The translations under genes were made by a program, and so were the position numbers. The notes below the pieces were generated by a model. The model was not told the DNA's origin and did not search any database. It saw only the letters and a list, made by a program, of their open reading frames with translations. DNA of 64,000 bases from a virus. The stretch is from IMG/VR virus record IMGVR_UViG_3300013114_000098; one strand, 5' to 3'. Of this stretch, positions 60,693-64,000 are shown one piece after another (position 1 is the stretch's first letter; each line of letters begins with the position of its first letter).

Positions 60693-60938
60693 ATGTCAGA
60701 TGATAATACATTAGATATACAACAAAACATTGGTGATGTTTCGGGTGATTTCACAAAAACTATAGTTGTAGATTCAGGTAACACTACAACAGGCTCAACA
60801 ACTACTGGAGATGTTGCCGCAACAATTGAGTTTATTGAAAAGATTTACAATTACCTACCCGAATTAGCATTTGCAACACTATATGGACTAGCAGTCTATG
60901 CCGCAGTACTTTGGATTACTAAAAAAATAAAAGGATAA
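60693..60938 (+). CDS. Small membrane protein
   Basis: AAGGAG RBS; C-terminal TM helix. Confidence 0.55.
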   Translation: MSDDNTLDIQQNIGDVSGDFTKTIVVDSGNTTTGSTTTGDVAATIEFIEKIYNYLPELAFATLYGLAVYAAVLWITKKIKG

Positions 60939-61610
60939 ATGGAATACCAAGGGCTTAACACAAACTTTAACCACGTTGATTCATGGGGCGATTGGCGCCG
61001 ACGAGTTAATATAGAAGCCAGCACAAGATGTAATTTGTTATGTCCAGGTTGCAGTAGAACTTGGTCAAGAGGCGACTTTGCTATTACTGATCTAAGTATG
61101 GAAAACTTTAAACTGTTGGTCAGGCCAGAAAACAATCTACAAGGTTTAACCTATAACATGGCATTAAGTGATCCAATTTACAGTGGAACATTATTTGAAC
61201 AATTGGAATACCTATCTACTTTAGAACATAGACCACAATTGCATTTCAGTACAAACGGAAGTGGACGCAATGCACAATGGTGGAAGCAATTTGCAAAATA
61301 TCTAAGAGACATTGACATGGTAGAGTTTGCAGTAGATGGGTTAGAAGATACAAATCACATATACAGAGTAAATGCAAAATGGGATAGTATTATCAATGGA
61401 ATGCGTACACTAAAAGAACATTTTAGTGGAAAGATATTATGGAGATACAATGTATTTGAACACAACTATCATCAAGTTGCTGAAGCAAAGCAGTTAGCAA
61501 CAGATTTAGATTTAGATGGATTTCATGCTATACTTGGCGATAATAGAACTCCAACTGAAATGATATTAACTAGCATAACTTGGAAAGAAGTATTAAATGA
61601 TTTATCCTAA
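60939..61610 (+). CDS. Radical SAM protein (core only)
   Basis: CNLLCPGC, STNG and AVDGL...YR. Confidence 0.85.
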   Translation: MEYQGLNTNFNHVDSWGDWRRRVNIEASTRCNLLCPGCSRTWSRGDFAITDLSMENFKLLVRPENNLQGLTYNMALSDPIYSGTLFEQLEYLSTLEHRPQLHFSTNGSGRNAQWWKQFAKYLRDIDMVEFAVDGLEDTNHIYRVNAKWDSIINGMRTLKEHFSGKILWRYNVFEHNYHQVAEAKQLATDLDLDGFHAILGDNRTPTEMILTSITWKEVLNDLS

Positions 61611-61950
61611 ATGCAAGAACATAGTAGCAAGACATCCAGGTAATGCAATGGGTGTTAGGTATGATGGGTATGTAATACCTTGTTGTTTCTTTGGAGCAGA
61701 CTTCAGTTTTAATGACTTAAAAAAACTACTAGGTGATGATATTAAAAACATTCACTTAGCATCTGGTAAAACATTAGACGAGATTAATAAAAGTGTAGAG
61801 TATCAAAAGATAGAAGCAACATGGAACACTAACAATCCACTTAAGACTTGTGCATTGACATGTGGTAATGCAGAACATATTGGAAACAAAGATAAAACAT
61901 CTACAGGTACTGATAATGTTATAATAAATAAGAGGAGAACAAATGAATAA
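61597..61950 (+). CDS. Stand-alone SPASM/twitch-like Fe-S domain
   Basis: PKC...DGYVIPCC...C...C. Confidence 0.7.
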   Translation: MIYPKCKNIVARHPGNAMGVRYDGYVIPCCFFGADFSFNDLKKLLGDDIKNIHLASGKTLDEINKSVEYQKIEATWNTNNPLKTCALTCGNAEHIGNKDKTSTGTDNVIINKRRTNE

Positions 61951-62101
61951 AATAACTAGACGAAATATTAGAAAGTCCAATCAACTGAAACACACTAAAG
62001 AAAAACTATACGAAATGAGGCACGAGGTAAGTCATAAAAAAGATAATCTTGTTAAAACTTTAAAGAATTTATTAAAACGGCAAAAGAGAAAAGGATTATG
62101 A
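61943..62101 (+). CDS. Small basic protein (52 aa)
   Basis: GAGGAG RBS; its TGA overlaps the bL33 ATG. Confidence 0.45.
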   Translation: MNKITRRNIRKSNQLKHTKEKLYEMRHEVSHKKDNLVKTLKNLLKRQKRKGL

Positions 62102-62253
62102 GAACAAAAATTAGAATGCAATCATCAGAATCAGCACATTTTTACACACGACATAAGAATAATAGACTACATCCAGAAAAGATGAAGTTGAATATGTATG
62201 ATCCATTTGTACGTAAGCATGTAGTGTATAATGAAAAAAAGATTAAGAAGTAA
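62098..62253 (+). CDS. rpmG: 50S ribosomal protein bL33 (zinc-free type), phage-encoded
   Basis: [51 protein letters not shown] matches the bL33 pattern R.KI.L.SS..HFYT..KN.R..PEK....YDP.VR.HV.Y.E.KIK. Confidence 0.9.
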   Translation: MRTKIRMQSSESAHFYTRHKNNRLHPEKMKLNMYDPFVRKHVVYNEKKIKK

Positions 62254-62263
62254 GAAAGGATGT

Positions 62264-62422
62264 ATGAAAACAGAACAAGAAGTAAGAAAAGAATATAACA
62301 AGATGAGAAATGATGACCCTACATTTGCTGAATGTTGGTCGGAATCAAATATTGATTTCTATGAGTGGTGTTCGGGTTATCTTGATTATAAACATATAAA
62401 ACCAAAAGGAGATATTATATGA
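62264..62422 (+). CDS. Hypothetical protein
   Basis: Start moved to ATG 62264 (AAGGA RBS, after the bL33 stop). Confidence 0.5.
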   Translation: MKTEQEVRKEYNKMRNDDPTFAECWSESNIDFYEWCSGYLDYKHIKPKGDII

Positions 62423-62570
62423 GTTTTATTATTTGGCATCTATTAGCAATTTGCTCTGTAATGGCAGTAGCATTTGGAATAGGTGTATGGTATGGCAGTA
62501 ATATATACGGGCGATATCCTAAGAAAAAAGTAAGATGGACTTCAAAAAGAGGCACGGGTATTGAAGATAC

Positions 62571-62822
62571 ATGGAACTTCCCCTTACACTAGAAGATAAA
62601 ATAATGTATTTGGAATCAGCAATGCGTAGGCATTTTGTTCCTTATCAGTGGGTTGATGACGGTGTATTAGATTACTTTGAAATGTTACGACGTGGTAATA
62701 ACACAGAATTTTTACAAAACTTACACACCGTAGCAGAGCTACACGAATACTCGCACACACTAAGAGATAAAATAAATCGAGGAGAACAAGATAAAGATAC
62801 TAGTATGCGGCCTACCAGGTAG
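62571..62822 (+). CDS. Hypothetical protein
   Basis: 83-aa ORF in the + strand gene run. Confidence 0.45.
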   Translation: MELPLTLEDKIMYLESAMRRHFVPYQWVDDGVLDYFEMLRRGNNTEFLQNLHTVAELHEYSHTLRDKINRGEQDKDTSMRPTR

Positions 62823-63204
62823 TGGCAAGTCAACACTCGCAGAGCCATTAGCAAAGTTACTTGATGCAGTATGGATTAATTCAGATTGTACAAGAACAAA
62901 ATATAATGATTGGGATTTTAGTGCAGACGGTAGAACTAGACAAGCAGACCGTATGCGACATTTAGCAGATGGTGTAACACTAGCAGGCAAGATTGCTATT
63001 GCAGATTTTATTTGTCCTACAGAAGAAACAAGAAAAAACTTTAATGCAGACTTTACCATATGGATGGATACTATTGATGCAGGCAAGTACGATGACACTA
63101 ATAAAATGTTTGAAACTCCAACAAAGTGTGATTTTATTGTAACTAAATGGTACAATGATACGCATGATGTTTTAAACAAGATAATTACTAATAGGAGAAA
63201 ATAA
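62791..63204 (+). CDS. Adenylylsulfate (APS) kinase-like P-loop kinase with an inferred ATA start
   Basis: In-frame extension IKILVCGLPGSGKSTLA...DWDFSADGR.RQ..RM...DFICP; GAGGAG 6 nt before ATA 62791 and an in-frame TAA at 62773. Confidence 0.75.
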   Translation: MKILVCGLPGSGKSTLAEPLAKLLDAVWINSDCTRTKYNDWDFSADGRTRQADRMRHLADGVTLAGKIAIADFICPTEETRKNFNADFTIWMDTIDAGKYDDTNKMFETPTKCDFIVTKWYNDTHDVLNKIITNRRK

Positions 63205-63205
63205 A

Positions 63206-63523
63206 ATGAGTGGATTATATGATTTTATAATTTATGGTATAGTGGACAATGGCGTTATGATAGCTGGTGCTATATTAGGTTTAAGATTTGAAAAATTTAT
63301 GCCAAAACAATTACAAAATGGTTTAAGTGGAGTGCTAGGAGCAGGCATAGGAAATGCATTATCAGACTTTATGGGCGGAGCAGTAACAGCATCGTGGCTA
63401 CTTGCATTTGGTACAGCATTTGGTTGCATAATAGGTTTACTTTGGATACCAATATTTTTACAAATGAAAAAAGTTAATTGGAAAAAAGCAAAAACAGTTT
63501 TTGACCCAGACTGGTGGAATTAA
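63206..63523 (+). CDS. Gly-rich membrane protein (TMEM65-like)
   Basis: GIVDNGVMIAG...GAGIGNALSDFMG...GCIIG. Confidence 0.55.
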   Translation: MSGLYDFIIYGIVDNGVMIAGAILGLRFEKFMPKQLQNGLSGVLGAGIGNALSDFMGGAVTASWLLAFGTAFGCIIGLLWIPIFLQMKKVNWKKAKTVFDPDWWN

Positions 63524-63567
63524 TTCAGCTAATTTAAGTTATTAAGTACGAACTTATCCTGAAATTA

Positions 63568-63575
63568 TATAAATA
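63568..63575 (+). promoter_or_regulatory. T4-consensus late promoter
   Basis: Intergenic TATAAATA upstream of ATG 63604. Confidence 0.6.
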
Positions 63576-63603
63576 AGTGTATTATTATATAATTAAAGGA
63601 AAT

Positions 63604-63882
63604 ATGAGAACATTCACATTTGAAACATTAGATGGATCAGAAATAGAATCAAAAGACTATAAAGGACTGAAACAAGCATTGTTTGATGTACAAAAACAAA
63701 TTAAAGGACATTATGTCCGTGTACAGTATACAAATAAAAAAGGCAATGCTATTGACAGGTGGGCAAAGATTCCAATTGGAAGAAAAAAGAGAGGGTTCCA
63801 AATACCCGAACCTTATATGACATCAGCAATGAAAAAGAAAGCAGAAAAGGATAAAGAGAAAAAAGGAATGAGGAGATTTTAA
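63604..63882 (+). CDS. Basic hypothetical protein
   Basis: AAGGA RBS before ATG 63604. Confidence 0.55.
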   Translation: MRTFTFETLDGSEIESKDYKGLKQALFDVQKQIKGHYVRVQYTNKKGNAIDRWAKIPIGRKKRGFQIPEPYMTSAMKKKAEKDKEKKGMRRF

Positions 63883-63886
63883 AATT

Positions 63887-64000
63887 ATGGCAAACGGAGT
63901 AGATTTAACACAACATGGTAAAGTAAACATGGACATCAAAAGTCTTGTAGGCATTGCTATAATGATAATGTCAATAGCGGCAGTTTACTTTTCATTGCAG
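63887..64000 (+). CDS. Partial ORF with a TM segment; runs off the window edge
   Basis: GAGGAG RBS; frame open to the window end. Confidence 0.45.
   Translation, partial: MANGVDLTQHGKVNMDIKSLVGIAIMIMSIAAVYFSLQ

Noticed and set aside
62231-62263. ORF-track start at 62231
   Set aside because: It overlaps the bL33 gene; the better start is ATG 62264 with an AAGGA RBS.
1-64000. Stop-codon reassignment, as in some jumbo phages
   Set aside because: Conserved genes are full-length in code 11, and TAA, TAG and TGA all end genes at coupled junctions.

Overview
This AT-rich window is part of a large T4-like (myovirus-type, probably jumbo) dsDNA phage genome that uses the standard genetic code. The host is probably a marine or aquatic proteobacterium (inference). 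1-3.3 kb holds two paralogous tape-measure-like genes divergent from a gp26-like hub/chaperone gene that ends in a -1 slippery site. 3.75-4.38 kb is an ORF-free, densely base-paired, pseudoknotted candidate ncRNA with its own sigma70 promoter, directly behind a stand-alone GIY-YIG nuclease. 4.9-8.7 kb encodes gp46/gp47 (Rad50/Mre11-like) and a gp55-like late sigma factor. 8.8-31 kb is the baseplate/tail module (gp48/54-, gp53-, gp27-, gp5-, gp25- and gp6-like genes, a 3464-aa structural protein, fibre-like genes). 31-50 kb is a ~19-kb glycan biosynthesis and tailoring island with glycosyltransferases, three radical SAM enzymes, NDP-sugar enzymes, O-/C-methyltransferases and a sulfotransferase. 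50.9-51.2 kb is a second promoter-driven structured RNA candidate. 51.2-55.3 kb is gene-poor and mirror-symmetric: inverted arrays of 10-bp-phased ATAGT/ACTAT repeats, exact inverted repeats, palindromes and strong early promoters suggest a genome terminus, packaging region or origin. 55.3-64 kb holds small accessory genes, a carbamoyltransferase, a split radical SAM/SPASM pair, ribosomal protein bL33 (missed by the ORF track) and an APS-kinase-like gene that appears to need an ATA start. All protein calls come from motifs and gene order read by eye; no searches were run.
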